Source: Malacoraja senta (taxonomy: Eukaryota). Taken from it: DNA of 64,000 bases. Below, piece by piece: positions 25,522 through 37,384 of the stretch. The notes beneath the pieces are model-generated. The model had not been told where the DNA came from. It made no database searches and worked only from the letters and a program-made list of their open reading frames with translations. Made by a program: the position numbers and the translations under genes. Position 1 is the first letter of the stretch. The number at the start of each line of letters is the position of its first letter. Location of the stretch: assembly GCA_038087875.1 (NCBI GenBank), contig CM075991.1, positions 2,108,001-2,172,000 on the forward strand. Reading direction: 5' to 3'.

Positions 25522-25604
25522 CTGTGGAGAAGAGGTGGATGCTGACGGTTTTATACATTCAGGTTTAATATGTCAGCCGCCATATGATGTCTTTCTTGTG
25601 TTAC

Positions 25605-25922
25605 CTTCACATACAACACCTGCATCCTCCCAGTGGCGACAGTTGTGTTTCCCCCAAGGGTCTGACTGACACTGCCAAAGGGTCGACTCGTGCGAATAAC
25701 ATTCCATCTCATCGAGCCATATGGGCCCAGAACCCGCTCCATATTTCCAGATGCCATAATAAATAGATTTGAGAGGTCCACATTTTACTTGTTTACAGAT
25801 CACTTCCGCTTCCTTTCTGTGAAACTTCTCGGAGCACACTGTCCCCCATGTCCCGTTGTACCGCACTTCCACTCTCCCTTCACATCGATGCCCACCGTTC
25901 ACCAGGCGCATCTCTTTGTGCT
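25605..25922 (-). CDS. SRCR domain exon
   Basis: MRLVNGGHRCEGRVEV..WGTVC..GPIWLDEMEC..HNCRHWEDAGVVC; 318 bp. Confidence 0.95.
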
Positions 25923-26700
25923 CTGTGAACGAAACGGGTAATATATAGATCATCACAATGTTTCCATCAACAGCCAGCAAAGATTCTTTGTCGCTGAACA
26001 AAAAGGCGCAACTAGTTTAACAAAACAAATCGCCGGAAAACATTCATCAGCGAGGGTTAGTTGGGAACAATAACTGCGTCAGGTAATCACAAAGTGAGCT
26101 GTCCAGTCAAATTGCCGAAAGTGGAGGGGAGGGGAATATGCATCTGGCGGTGAAATGTTGGAGTTGTGGGAAATTGCGGAAGATCAAACACTGAAAGTGG
26201 ATACTGGTGGGATGGAAGTTAAATGAACGAGGAAACATTGTTCTTGTCCATGTTGAGGGGACGCGAGGAGTGATTCCAAAAATCGTTCGTGAAGAAACCC
26301 CACGGTTTAACACTTCAAAGGGAACGCTCACTTCGCGACCCGCTGGTCCTTTCTTCTAATCCGCCGACCAAATTCCCACTCATACTCTGTCCCTCTCTCT
26401 GTGATCTCCTTCATTGTAAACTCCGTCGCAATAGAAGCTCGAGGTACCACGTTCCATCTCCGCCTGGGAATTTGAAGTTCCACCGCACTCAATAACGAAT
26501 TTCTTATCGATAGGCGTTTCGATGTTTCTCTCTGAATGTATGACAACTGTCGTTCCTATCTGTCAGTATTTGGGGGTCAGATTTGTTTTAGGAGATTAAC
26601 CAGTCCCATGGTAGTTTCAAAATGTTTTGCGGTCTCGGAATTTTTCTTGAAACATGCGTGTACCACAGAGCGGACATGGACGTTTAGAAGCTGCATGGCA

Positions 26701-27770
26701 AAGATGTATTGGATTAGGCAATGCAGATAAAAGCTGAATCAGCAAACTTAATTTCATATTTGTATAATATTATCTTAAATGTAGAAATACCATCTACGGA
26801 GGGTATCAGAAGAGACTGGGAACAAGAGTTAGCTATTAAAATTTCAAAGGAAAGTTGGAATGAACACTTATTAAACGTGCATAAATGTTCGATTAATGTA
26901 AGACACACTTTAATACAATTTAAAATTTTACATAGATTATATTATTCCAAAACTAAAATCCATAAAATGTTCCCAAATGTATCATCCATTTGTGATAAAT
27001 GTCAATCCCAAGAAGCTACTATAGCGCACTCATTTGTTTTCTGTACAAAAATTCAAAAATTTTGGAATGAAATTTTCGAAATCTTTACAAAATTATTTAA
27101 AATAAAACTGATACCCAAAGCAGAATGGATTATCTTCGGAATAACGGAAGATGGTCCAGAACTAAATGTGTTTCAAAAGAAACTAATAGACTATGGGTTA
27201 ATAACTGGAAAAAGCTAATCCTAAAATTTTGGAAGAAGGCTCCAATACCAACTATAAATATGTGGATTTCAAATATGTTCGAAACATTACACCTAGAAGA
27301 GATAACTCCTCCTGGCAGGTAAACCAGATCACTTCCACCTGACGTGGTCTGCATTTATAGAATTATTACAGATATAGGGTGCAAAGGTACCTTAAAAAAA
27401 TTGAGGTCAGGTAATGGGGGATGATAGTTGAAGAGTTGGTATGTCCCATTTGCGTAATGCTCATAAAAACTATTTGTTTCTCTCTTTTTCCTCTTTCTCT
27501 TTCTCCTTCTTTTCTAGGGTCTATTTCTTAACTCTTTTTCTTTTGTTTTTAATTTTGTTCTTATAGGGTCTTCGTTCTTTCTTGTTGTCACATTTTCTAC
27601 ACTCTCACCTTTTCCTTCACTTTCTTCTTTCTTTCAATCTTATCCTTTCCTTTTACTAGTGTTAAAAACAAACGGAGTACATTAATTGTAAGAAGACATA
27701 AGTGACGAGTACTAATGTCTGTGGTTGTAATGTAATGTACTTCTAATAAATAAAAAAAAAAATTAAAAAA
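26701..27770 (+). mobile_element. 5'-truncated copy of the same L1/Tx1-like family, with poly(A)
   Basis: Highly similar to 13337-14400; TSD AAGCTGCATGGCA at 26688-26700 and 27771-27783. Confidence 0.93.
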
Positions 27771-28294
27771 AAGCTGCATGGCATATAATTTGGATCTATC
27801 GGTTTCAATGGGTAGGTTATGTAGAATCATGATTAAAATCACAGCACGCAATACGAGAAATCCAATTGTGAAAATATATGGGAGAATAATTTCGAGAGTT
27901 AAAGGCTGAAAGTGAAATTGGCAGAATTTCATGAGAAAAAATAATTTTCCAGCACGTCGAAATGACGATTCACAGTCATAATACCAATTATACGTGTATA
28001 ACATCCAGTGCATAATCGGGGAAACTGGATCGTCTACCCTTCCGTTTTCCGAAAGATAAAAATGCGTGAACTTGAGCTTGTAACTACAATTATTTGTATA
28101 TTCAAATAAAATTTAAATCCAAATCTAAATTATTTGTATATCCAAATGCATTTGAATGTATGAACGGGGATATGTTCCTCATTGATAGATGCTTACATTG
28201 CAGGTTATAATGTGAGGGAGTTGCTATTCAACGCAAACGTGCGTTTTACAAAAGACGTTTCTGGAATTGTAGACGACTATAGGCACACAAGGAG

Positions 28295-28780
28295 ATAGAG
28301 TTGTAAAGAAGGCGTTAGGTATGCTTGCCTTCCTCTGTCGGGGAAATGAGTATAAGAGTCAGGAAGTCACATTTCAGCTTTAATTAGGTTAGGGCGCATT
28401 TGCTGTACTGTGTGCAGTTCTGGTCGCCCCGTTCCAGGAAGAATGTGGAGACTTTGGAGTGGGCGCAGAACATCTTGAATAGAGGTGCAATTTTTAATCA
28501 CAAGAGGGCAGAGCTTTACGGTGAAAGAGGCAAAGATTAAAGAAGGTGTCTGTGCCACGTTTCTCACAGGGAGTGGCGGGTGCCTGAAACATGCTGTCAG
28601 GGTTGGTCGTGGAGGGAGATAGGATATTGACATTTAGAAGGCTTTTCCATCGGCATATGCATATGCGGGGAAGGGAAGAACAAGGACAGGCAGAGCAGAT
28701 TAGTTCACCTTGGCATGATGTGCGGCGCGGTATTGTGGGCAGAAAGGCCTGTTTGTGCGCCGCACTGTTGTTTGTTCTAA
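28295..28780 (+). mobile_element. CR1-like LINE 3' fragment
   Basis: Decayed KKALGMLAF / YCVQFWSP-type sequence. Confidence 0.6.
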
Positions 28781-28910
28781 CTTCCGTGGACCTAGGAAAC
28801 TGCTGATAGAGAAATCAACAGAGCTGCGCGCGGAATGAGTTTGATGTTGAGTGGGTGACAACTTCCTCAGAGTGAAGCCTCTGAACCGTTACCCGCAGTC
28901 AATGCTCCAT

Positions 28911-29818
28911 TTAGAGATTTAGAGATTTAGAGATTCCTTTATTTGTCATTCAGACCTTTCGGTCTGAACGAAATTTCGTTGCCTGCAGTCATACATATAA
29001 CAATAAATGACAAAACACACAATAAACACAAATTAACATCCACCACAGTGAGTTCACCAGGTACCTCCTCACTGTGATGGAGGCAAAAGTCTTAAAGTCT
29101 CTGTCTCTTCCCGCTTTCTTCTCCCTCTGCGCTGAGGCGATCCAGGCTTCTGATGCTGTGGCCCCGCCGGGCGACGGTAAGCCAGTCCAGCGGCCGAATC
29201 CGTGCTCCGCGACGGGCCGGTTCAAACTCCGCGGCCCGGGGTGGTCGAAGCTGCCGAAGCTGCCGCCCTCCAGTCCAGCGGACGCAGCTGTAGTTGCGTG
29301 AGCCCCAGAAAAACAGGTCACCAACCTGTGACCTGCGCGCTCCCGACGATGTCGTCCACTGGGCCCGCGGCCGAGCCTCCGGATTCAGGTCGCCACCAGT
29401 GTCCTCGGTCGCCACCGCCGGAACGCCACCGCAGCCCCGAAGTTGGCCAGCCTCGCGCTGGTAAGTCCTGGTTCTGCCTCCGGAGCCTCGAGGTCGGTCG
29501 GTCGCTCGCAGTTGGAGTTGGAGGCCGGCAGCTCGCAGTTGGAGTTGGAGGCCGGCAGCTCCGCCATTTTGGCCTCAGCGCAGACGGAGGCAGAGAAGGG
29601 GGACACGACAAGAAAAAGTCGCATTCCCCCGAAGGAAGAGACAAAAGTCATGTTTCACCCCCCCCCACCCCCCCACCCCACCCCACCCCCCACCCCACAC
29701 ATACACAACCCAATAAACTAAAATTTAGCTGAAACAGGATAAAAGAAAACAACAACAAAAGTAAAAACAGACGGACTGCAGGCGAGCAGCTGCTGTACGA
29801 CAGCGCCGCCACTTCCGG
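28911..29818 (-). mobile_element. Non-autonomous retroelement with a Rex/Babar-like 3' hairpin and (TCTCTAAA)n tail
   Basis: TTCAGACCGAAAGGTCTGAA hairpin + AATAAA + 8-bp tandem tail; GC-rich body. Confidence 0.55.
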
Positions 29819-29937
29819 ATGTGGATGCTGTAAATTACAGCATCCACATGTGGATGCTGTAAATTATTTATTACATCTCTGGAATGAATCCTCCCATCCC
29901 ATGCTGCAGGGAATCAGCAGATTGAAGGTACCCTTAC

Positions 29938-30252
29938 CAGAACACTTCACTGTCACATCTTCTTTGTGACTGCAATCGTGTTCACCCAGTGGTGCGGAGG
30001 GACACTCCCAGAGATATGATTCGTTACCCGAGCATCTTACTTCATCCAACCAAATAGGACCAGGACTTCCTCCACAGTATCCAAGAGGTTTATCTTGCAA
30101 AGCATATCCACAACCCAGCTGCCTGCAGACCACGTTATCATCAAGCAGATCCCATAAGTCATTACAAACTGTGCCCCAAGACCCGTGGTAATAAAGCTCC
30201 AGTCGTCCTGCACATGTACTTCCACCCCCGGTCAGTCGTAATCGGCGGTGGT
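29938..30252 (-). CDS. SRCR domain exon
   Basis: LRLTGGGSTCAGRLELYYHGSWGTVCNDLWD..VCRQLGCG..HDCSHKEDVTVKC; 315 bp; cag / gtaagg. Confidence 0.95.
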
Positions 30253-33200
30253 CTGTTGAATAACAACAAGGGAGTTGATCAAAGGTTTAGGTTATTATTG
30301 TCACGTGTACCGAACTTTTGCATGCAATCTCATCGGATCAATTGATACTATACATAAATACAAGCAAGTCAAACTCGAGTACAATAGATAGACAAACGGA
30401 AAAATACAATGTGCAGAATATACATTTCCGCATCGTAGCGCACCAGCTCTATCAACAAACTCCGAAGTCCGCAATGAGGTAGAGGTGAATCGTACAGTAC
30501 CCTAGCTCATGGAAGGACCGTTCATAAGCCCGATAACAGAGGGGAAGCAGATAAAACAGGGGGTCCTCTATGTAATTGCACATTATGTCTGTCGCTTGGT
30601 CAGAATTTCTGAATCTACTTAAGCAATTATATTTATAAAGAATTTTACATTTAGCTCAGATTTAGCTCAGTGAAAATCTAAAGTAGAAGTTGAAACATAA
30701 AATGCTGGAAGACTCGGCGTGTTGGTTACGGTCTGAGCCCACAGACTGGCTCTCCGACTTCAAACCCTGCAGAGATACATACATGGACACAGGGCCGGAT
30801 TTACGTATAACCTAGCAATGTTACAAAATTTTGAGATTTTAAAAATAAAGTCTGCAATTGATCCCATCAGATAAAGCATAAAAATAAGTTTAATTTGACA
30901 CTTAATTCACTTTCATATCTTCAGTATTAAAAAAGTTATGGCCATTATCATACTCAGAAATTACCATCTAGTTCCCTATTGCTTTTCCATTGACTTAACA
31001 CAAAAGCTGTGATCGAGGACAGTTAAAAGCCCATAACTTTCTTAAAAATTATGATAACTGAAAGAAATTTTCAATTATAGATTGAAGCATTCTGAAACAA
31101 ATATGAAACAATCTTACTTCGAAGACATGAAAGTAAAGCATATAATTAGTTAGTTACCTAATTGTAGCTAATTACAAAATTAAACATCTATCAATTTCTT
31201 AAGAATAGATTAACATTTTTAAATAGCCTAAGTGTCCAAATAACATTCACACAATAATTCACAATATAACATAATTTTTAAATCTAATTTTCATGAATTT
31301 ACAGGCCAAATGGAAGGAATTGAATATTTAATACCTGTAAATTAATGGGGATTTAAATCATCTTGCGAGTGAGGATTTCTGGAACGCGATCTTTTGGAAC
31401 GTTCATTTGCGGTGAATTTAACCCCGTATTGGCATGAAAAATACTGCCGTTAATTCGGGGAATAAAATCACCGTGTCGAATGAAAAAATGTGAATTAAAG
31501 GCTTCTTAAGAAGCACTTTTATACATTTAAAGAAACCACTTTCGTTTACCTGTCCCGTGTGTGAAATCCGTCCCCGTTATCGGCGTTGACGCTTCAGGAG
31601 CTGATTTTAAAATTACTCTAGCGTTGACATTGACGATTTAATAAAAATAAAAAATACACAAATATCCACTAGGAACGATTTGTCAGCCAACGCTTGCACT
31701 CCAACAAAATATTAACCAGGACAAGGGAGGAGAAACCCGCGTTTTAACCCCGCCCCCCCTTAAAGGCGCCAAAATCGCGCACACGGCCAGTGGCAGAATT
31801 ACAGCCCGACAAGCTTAAGCTTTGGGCCTCGAGATCTAGGGGGGCCTCGCAGAGTCGGATTTATCACTAGGCTTCATCGGCTGATGCCTAGGGCCTCGAA
31901 ATCTAGGGGGCCTCCAGCCAAGGCAGGACACCTGGCGTTCAACTCTGGGCGGGCCCCCCCTCTCTATCTCTCTCTCTATCTCTCCGTCTCCGCCCACCAT
32001 CTGTGTCCGGGCCGCCGGGCTCCGCTCTCCGCTCGCTCCTCATCCGCCGGCACGGCAGGCCGCCTTGCACATGCGCACAACCACGGCCCGCACATCATCG
32101 GTCGCCCTGCGCATGCGCACTGCCACGGCAACTGGTCGGCGCTGGGCACTTTCTCCCTCGCTTTCAATTGTGGGAAATTTGGCCGCCATTGCTGTAAACC
32201 AATGCAGAATCACTCCCTGACCCTGGATCAGGAGTAACTCCCTGGAGTAACTCTTGCTTCTGGTTTCCTGGTCCTCCATAAATATTCTAAATGGAATTTA
32301 AACTGGAGGTGGTAGAGGGCTGAACAATAACAGCCTATAGTATTTTATCTGTTTATTTATTGTGTATATATATGGTCTATGGTATATAAACACACTGAAC
32401 TTTTATCTCCTGTTCTGTATTATGTTCACACATTCTGTTGTGCTGCAGCAAGCAAGAATTTCATTATCCTATCTGGGACACATGACAATAAAACTCTCCT
32501 GACTCTTGACTTGGACTTAAGCAAAAAAGGGTTCTTGGGGGAAAAAGCGGTACCTTAAATTTAGTTGCGTCTGGTTAGGTAACTATGGTAGGGTGACGAC
32601 TACTCCATGCTTTAATTGTGCTGGGGAACTCCATGGAGCAGCCAGCAACTCAGGATAGAAGAAATTGGGTGGCGTTTCGGGTAGAGACCCTTGTTTAGAC
32701 TCCCTCTGGTTTTAGTGTCTTTAGTTCAATTTAAAGATACAGCGTGGAAACAGGCACTTCAGCCCACCGAGTCCATGCCGACCACTGATCACCCATACAC
32801 TAGTTCTTTCCCACACATTAGCGGAGTAAGTCAAGAGTCAAGAGTGTTTTATTCTCTCACGTCCCAGTTAGAACAATGAAATCCTTACTTGCAGCAGCAC
32901 AACAGAATATGTAAACATAGTACTCTGTAAACAATGTTATAAACGAGAAAACAAAACGGTGTATATTTATATATGAATATATAACTATATAAATATATAT
33001 ATATATGTGTGTGAGTGTGTGTGTATAATATATATACCCACACACACACACACAATTTCCCTCCTGGGATTAATAAAGTTCTATCGTATAGTATCGTGTG
33101 TGCAGGATGGAAGTGCAGATGCTAGTTTAAACTGAAGATAGACACAAAACGCTGGAGTAATTCAACAGGTCAGACAGAATCTCTGGACAAAAGGAAAATA

Positions 33201-33409
33201 TTACGTTTTGGGTTGGGTCTGAAATAGGTTCCTGCACACCTTTGGAATGTGGAAGGAAACAAGAGCACCCGGAGAAAACCCATGCGATCAAAGGGAAAAG
33301 GAGCAAACTCCATACAGACAGCATATTCAGGATCAATTCCGGATCTCTGGCACTTTAAGGCAGCAACTTTATGGCCAATGTACAACCCCATAGTCTTGAA
33401 CTTAATTAA

Positions 33410-34025
33410 AACGACAAGTGTGGCATTTCCTGCGGTTGCAAGGGAAAGTGCCAGGAGAGGGGGTGGTTTGGGTGGGAAGGAACAAATTGACCAGGGAGTT
33501 ACGGAGGGAGCGGTCTCTGCAGAAAGCCAACAGGGGAGGAGATGGGAAGATGTGGCCAGTGGTGGGATCCGATTGGTAGACCAAAAAGCTGGAGAAAATC
33601 AGTGGGTAAGGCAGCATCTGTGGAGCGAAGGAATAGACGACGTTTCGGGTCGAGACCCTTCTTCAGATTGATGTCGGGGGGGGGGTGTGACATGAAAAAG
33701 AAAGGAAGAGGCGGAGACAGTAGGCTGTGGGAGAGCTGGGAATGGGAGGGGAAGGAGGATGAAAGCAAGGGCTACCTGAAATTAGAGAAGCCAATGTGCA
33801 TACTGCTGGGGTGTAAACTACCCAAGCAAATATGAGGTGCTGCTCCTCCAATGTGTGGTGGGCCTCACTCTGGCCATGGAGGAGGCCCAGGACAGAAAGG
33901 TCAGATTCAGAATAGGAAGGGGAGTTGAAGTGTTGAGCCACCGGGAGATCAGGTTGGTTATTGCGAACTGAGTGGAGATGTTGTGCGAAGCGATCGCCAA
34001 GCCTGCGCTTGGTCTCATCGAGTTT
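33410..34025 (-). mobile_element. Penelope-like 3' fragments (GIY-YIG end + 3' UTR)
   Basis: ETKRRLGDRFAQHL..PVAQHFNS..LEEQHLIF; PPLLAFCRDRSLRNSLV..GTFPCNRRKC. Confidence 0.85.
33639..33666 (-). ncRNA. Minimal hammerhead ribozyme core (Penelope-type)
   Basis: CTGAAGA-AGGGTCTCGACCC-GAAAC-GTC just 3' of the PLE ORF end. Confidence 0.65.
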
Positions 34026-35491
34026 GATCATAAGCTGAATAATCCAACCACATTTTTATTTGGAAGTGGAAAGAAATAATAGAAATTGCATTCATTGCAA
34101 CGTGTAAAATGAGTTGAGATACTGTATTATAATTTTGCTGCATGTCATTGTGGTGCATATCATGTCTTGATTGGTGAATATGTTTAGTTTGTGGCTTTAT
34201 TTGAAGCAGAAATAATATGTGAGTGCTTCATTGAGCATACTTCCGACTGGTAACTACACACTTCGTCCAAGCACATTATCGCACGCGTCATGCAAGCCAT
34301 CTTAAATGACCACCTAAACTATCATTTGGAAACTTAAAAAGCTGCCAAGGTTGCCTGGCTGACAACAGAGAAAAAAAATTAAGTGAGAGCCCTGCAAGGT
34401 GTATAATATTTTTGACAATGTCATAGGCCTTTCTTACATATGCTGTCACAACGCACTGTAGTCTCTAAACAACCCTTCAGTAATTTTCCTTGCCCTCCAT
34501 TTCAGAATAATAGTGTTTTAAGCCAATAACTCAACACTAGCAGTGGCAATAAATAAATAAATAAATAAATAAAGCGCTGCTTTCCAGACCCTTATCTCAT
34601 TGGCCACGCTCGGCTGCAAATTGGTGTCAATCTGGTGGACCATCTTCCTCTAGTCGTGCGGGTGGGGGATTGGGGGGGGGGGCTCACAAGTGGAACAGTT
34701 TAGGGCCTCTCTTCATCTAAATCCGGCCCTGCATGGACATCACGATCATCCCAGCTGGGTGACCCTGGCGACCGATTTCTTGGTTCGAGGGATCGCTCTC
34801 AGGACCACACTCGGTTCACAGTAGCATGCATCGGCCATGTCACTCGGTGGTTGTAGATTATTCATATAAAACCGGATGTTTTCAGGGTCTGGGCCATGGG
34901 CTCCTCATGTCTCCACTGGGGGGGGGGGGGGGGCGCTCAGCCGCCAGGGCTGTCATGCGAAGGGGTGGATCAGACGGTGGGGAAGCGACCAACATGGCGC
35001 TGTGGCTTGTTCTCAAAGCGTTCGACTGTCCGTTCACAATGGGGGTCAGGAGAACTCGGTGAGAACGGGGTGATGACGCCCGGGATCAATGCCGCTCGCC
35101 TAGAATTGCTCATTGGAAGCAGGCCCCGAAATCCCCGTCTGGAGCCAGCCCGGCAAAACCACGAGCTGTCCGTCGGAAATGCCCCGGTGTTGTTCCACAC
35201 CACACCAGGGCGTTTCTTGTGTAGACTTCTCTTTCACACGCTCCACTCCTCACCATCGCCTGCCATTGTATATTGTCCCCAGTGTGTAAGTGAGTTGTAG
35301 TCTGGTGGTGGCAGTTGTCGGGAGAACACAATGGACACCGTGTAAAAGGGGATTTGATTATTTGCGCGGAAATTATGAGCCCAAGAGCCAGATGCCGATC
35401 TACATATCTCTACAACTCGAAATTCATTGTCATTATTCATCTTTCACAAAGTTTAACATTTTCTTATATCAAACTTTGTAACAATATTCAC

Positions 35492-35806
35492 CTGAACACA
35501 GGACCCCAACGCCGTTGCTGTCAGTGGGAAACGGATTCATGGTAAATGTGCTGCAATTTCGGAGTTGCGCTTCGTCCCCTTCACAGTGAACGTCGTTCAC
35601 CCACACGGGCAGCTCACTCTCTCCGTACTTTGAGGAATTGTAGGCGAATATGGCGGAGCCGCAGCCCAACTCTCTGCAGACCACGTTGGAATCATTGATG
35701 TTCCAGGAGCGATCCTGTACTCGCCCCCAGCTGCCATTGTGGTAAACCTCCACTCGGCCGTCGCAGCGGCTGCCCCCATTGCTCAGCCTCAGAGACCAAC
35801 TCTCAT
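35492..35806 (-). CDS. SRCR domain exon (6 Cys; lacks C2 and C7)
   Basis: LRLSNGGSRCDGRVEVYHNGSWGRVQD..VCRELGCG..VHCEG..GVGVLC; 315 bp. Confidence 0.93.
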
Positions 35807-36469
35807 CTACAAAACGAAACAGGTTGACCGAAATTTTTAAACTGAAACCAAAACATTCCATACATTATCAACATGTAGCTGGTCAGCTACTAGTTGTAAA
35901 GTTGCCACAGTTGCCCACATGTCATTTCGGCAGATAAACAGCACCAGTCACTTTCCTCTGCGTACACAGAAAAGCACAACGAGTAATATATGTGTCCAAC
36001 CGGGAGAGCCGGGTCCAGCAACAAGGGAAACCCGTCCATTGAAGAAACACTAGTAAACGGTAGTCACCCATTCATCAAATAGCTAATATGCTGATCAGAA
36101 CTGAATGCAATACGCACGGCGAAACCCGCACGTCGCTTTTCCAGACTTTAGGCGGAGTATTTTGGAAGTCTTCCTTTAATTTTGTTCTCTCTCAGTAATG
36201 GGAAGTGTTCATCGAGTCATATAATCTCGTTAAATAATGAATTTCCCGTTTCCAATTCTACATTGAAAACCCGCGAAACCGTGCCAGTCTCTCCTGTTAC
36301 TCGCCCACTTTAAGGTCACAAAGCGTCTAATCGGGCATCCAATAAAATAAAACAAAGATGGTTGCCACGATATGGCAGATTAATTCAATTGTTAAGAAAA
36401 GTCACTCCTGTGAACATCTCTGCGACCGGAGAATCTTTACTTTTCGTACAAAGGACTTTGATGACTCGC

Positions 36470-36784
36470 CTGAGCATATGAGACCGGCATCGTTTCTGTG
36501 CGAACAGCTTATCTGATCCCAGGCTGAGACTGGACAATCAGCTAATCGGGACTCGTTCCCCAGACAACGATAGTTTTCCTTCCATACAGGGCCGGTTCCT
36601 TCGCCAAAGTGAGCACCTCCGGGAGTTGCGGCCACTGCCCCGCACTGTAGGTGTTCACAGACCACGCCGGCAGTATCCAAGCTGAAGTACTGATCACACA
36701 CTGTCCCCCACTTGTCTCCGTGTATAACGTCAACCCGGCCAGAACATCTGTTCTTCCCACCCACCAGTCGTGGTCCATGGTTCC
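36470..36784 (-). CDS. SRCR domain exon, GC donor
   Basis: PRLVGGKNRCSGRV..WGTVCD..CSHRNDAGLIC; 315 bp; CAG|GCGAGT. Confidence 0.93.
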
Positions 36785-37384
36785 CTGTTTTAGTAAAAAA
36801 AAACATGAAGGCAGTTAATTAATCTGAAAAATAAAGGTGCACAGTGAAATTGGAAGATTTGTTTACTGTTTTCACTTTCTGACATGGCTGCTTTCCAAGT
36901 GTGAGTGTGCAGTGATATTTCAATAATATAATATTGAATTATATTCAATGCCACAACGTTTTTTTTACATCAGTGTGACGGGATCATCTGTTTACAACAC
37001 AAGAGATACAAGTCCCGTAAAATTCTGTTGACTTCCATATTCTCTATGCGTCGGATGGAACTGGAGACACTGATTTACACCGTTTTGCTCTGGTATTTTA
37101 TTTAATTCACATGTTTAATCAATAATGTTTTGTTATTAATGTTTAATGTTTTATGTGCCATTCCTAACTGTCACTATATGTTGCTGTCACTTGCGGGCGG
37201 AACACCCAGGCAAATTCCTTGTATGTGAATACTTGGCCAATCTACTGTCCAGAGTCGATATAACTCCCATAAGGCTCTTGTTGCCCTTGCAGTTCCTTAG
37301 CTCTACCTACAAAGATTCTACATTTTCTGATCCTATGTCCTCCCTTGCTGAGGACTGAATTTCATTCCTGACCAGAAGAGCTTG

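Larger units (their letters stand above)
30790..34731. mobile_element. Non-autonomous hAT-like DNA transposon carrying nested repeats
   Basis: 14-bp TIR CAGGGCCGGATTTA; 8-bp TSD CATGGACA at 30782-30789 and 34732-34739. Confidence 0.88.

Noticed and set aside
26100..26500. Possible decayed extra SRCR exon (SAVELQIPRRRWNVV)
   Set aside because: Only faint resemblance; no cysteine pattern or clear splice sites
14401..27783. Sequence-specific targeting by the L1/Tx1 family (GAAGCTGGTGGCA vs GAAGCTGCATGGCA flanks)
   Set aside because: Only two sites, offset by several bases, and the 5' TSD of copy 1 lies outside the window
28989..29732. Multiple overlapping GC-rich ORFs
   Set aside because: They lie inside a repeat and show no domain signature
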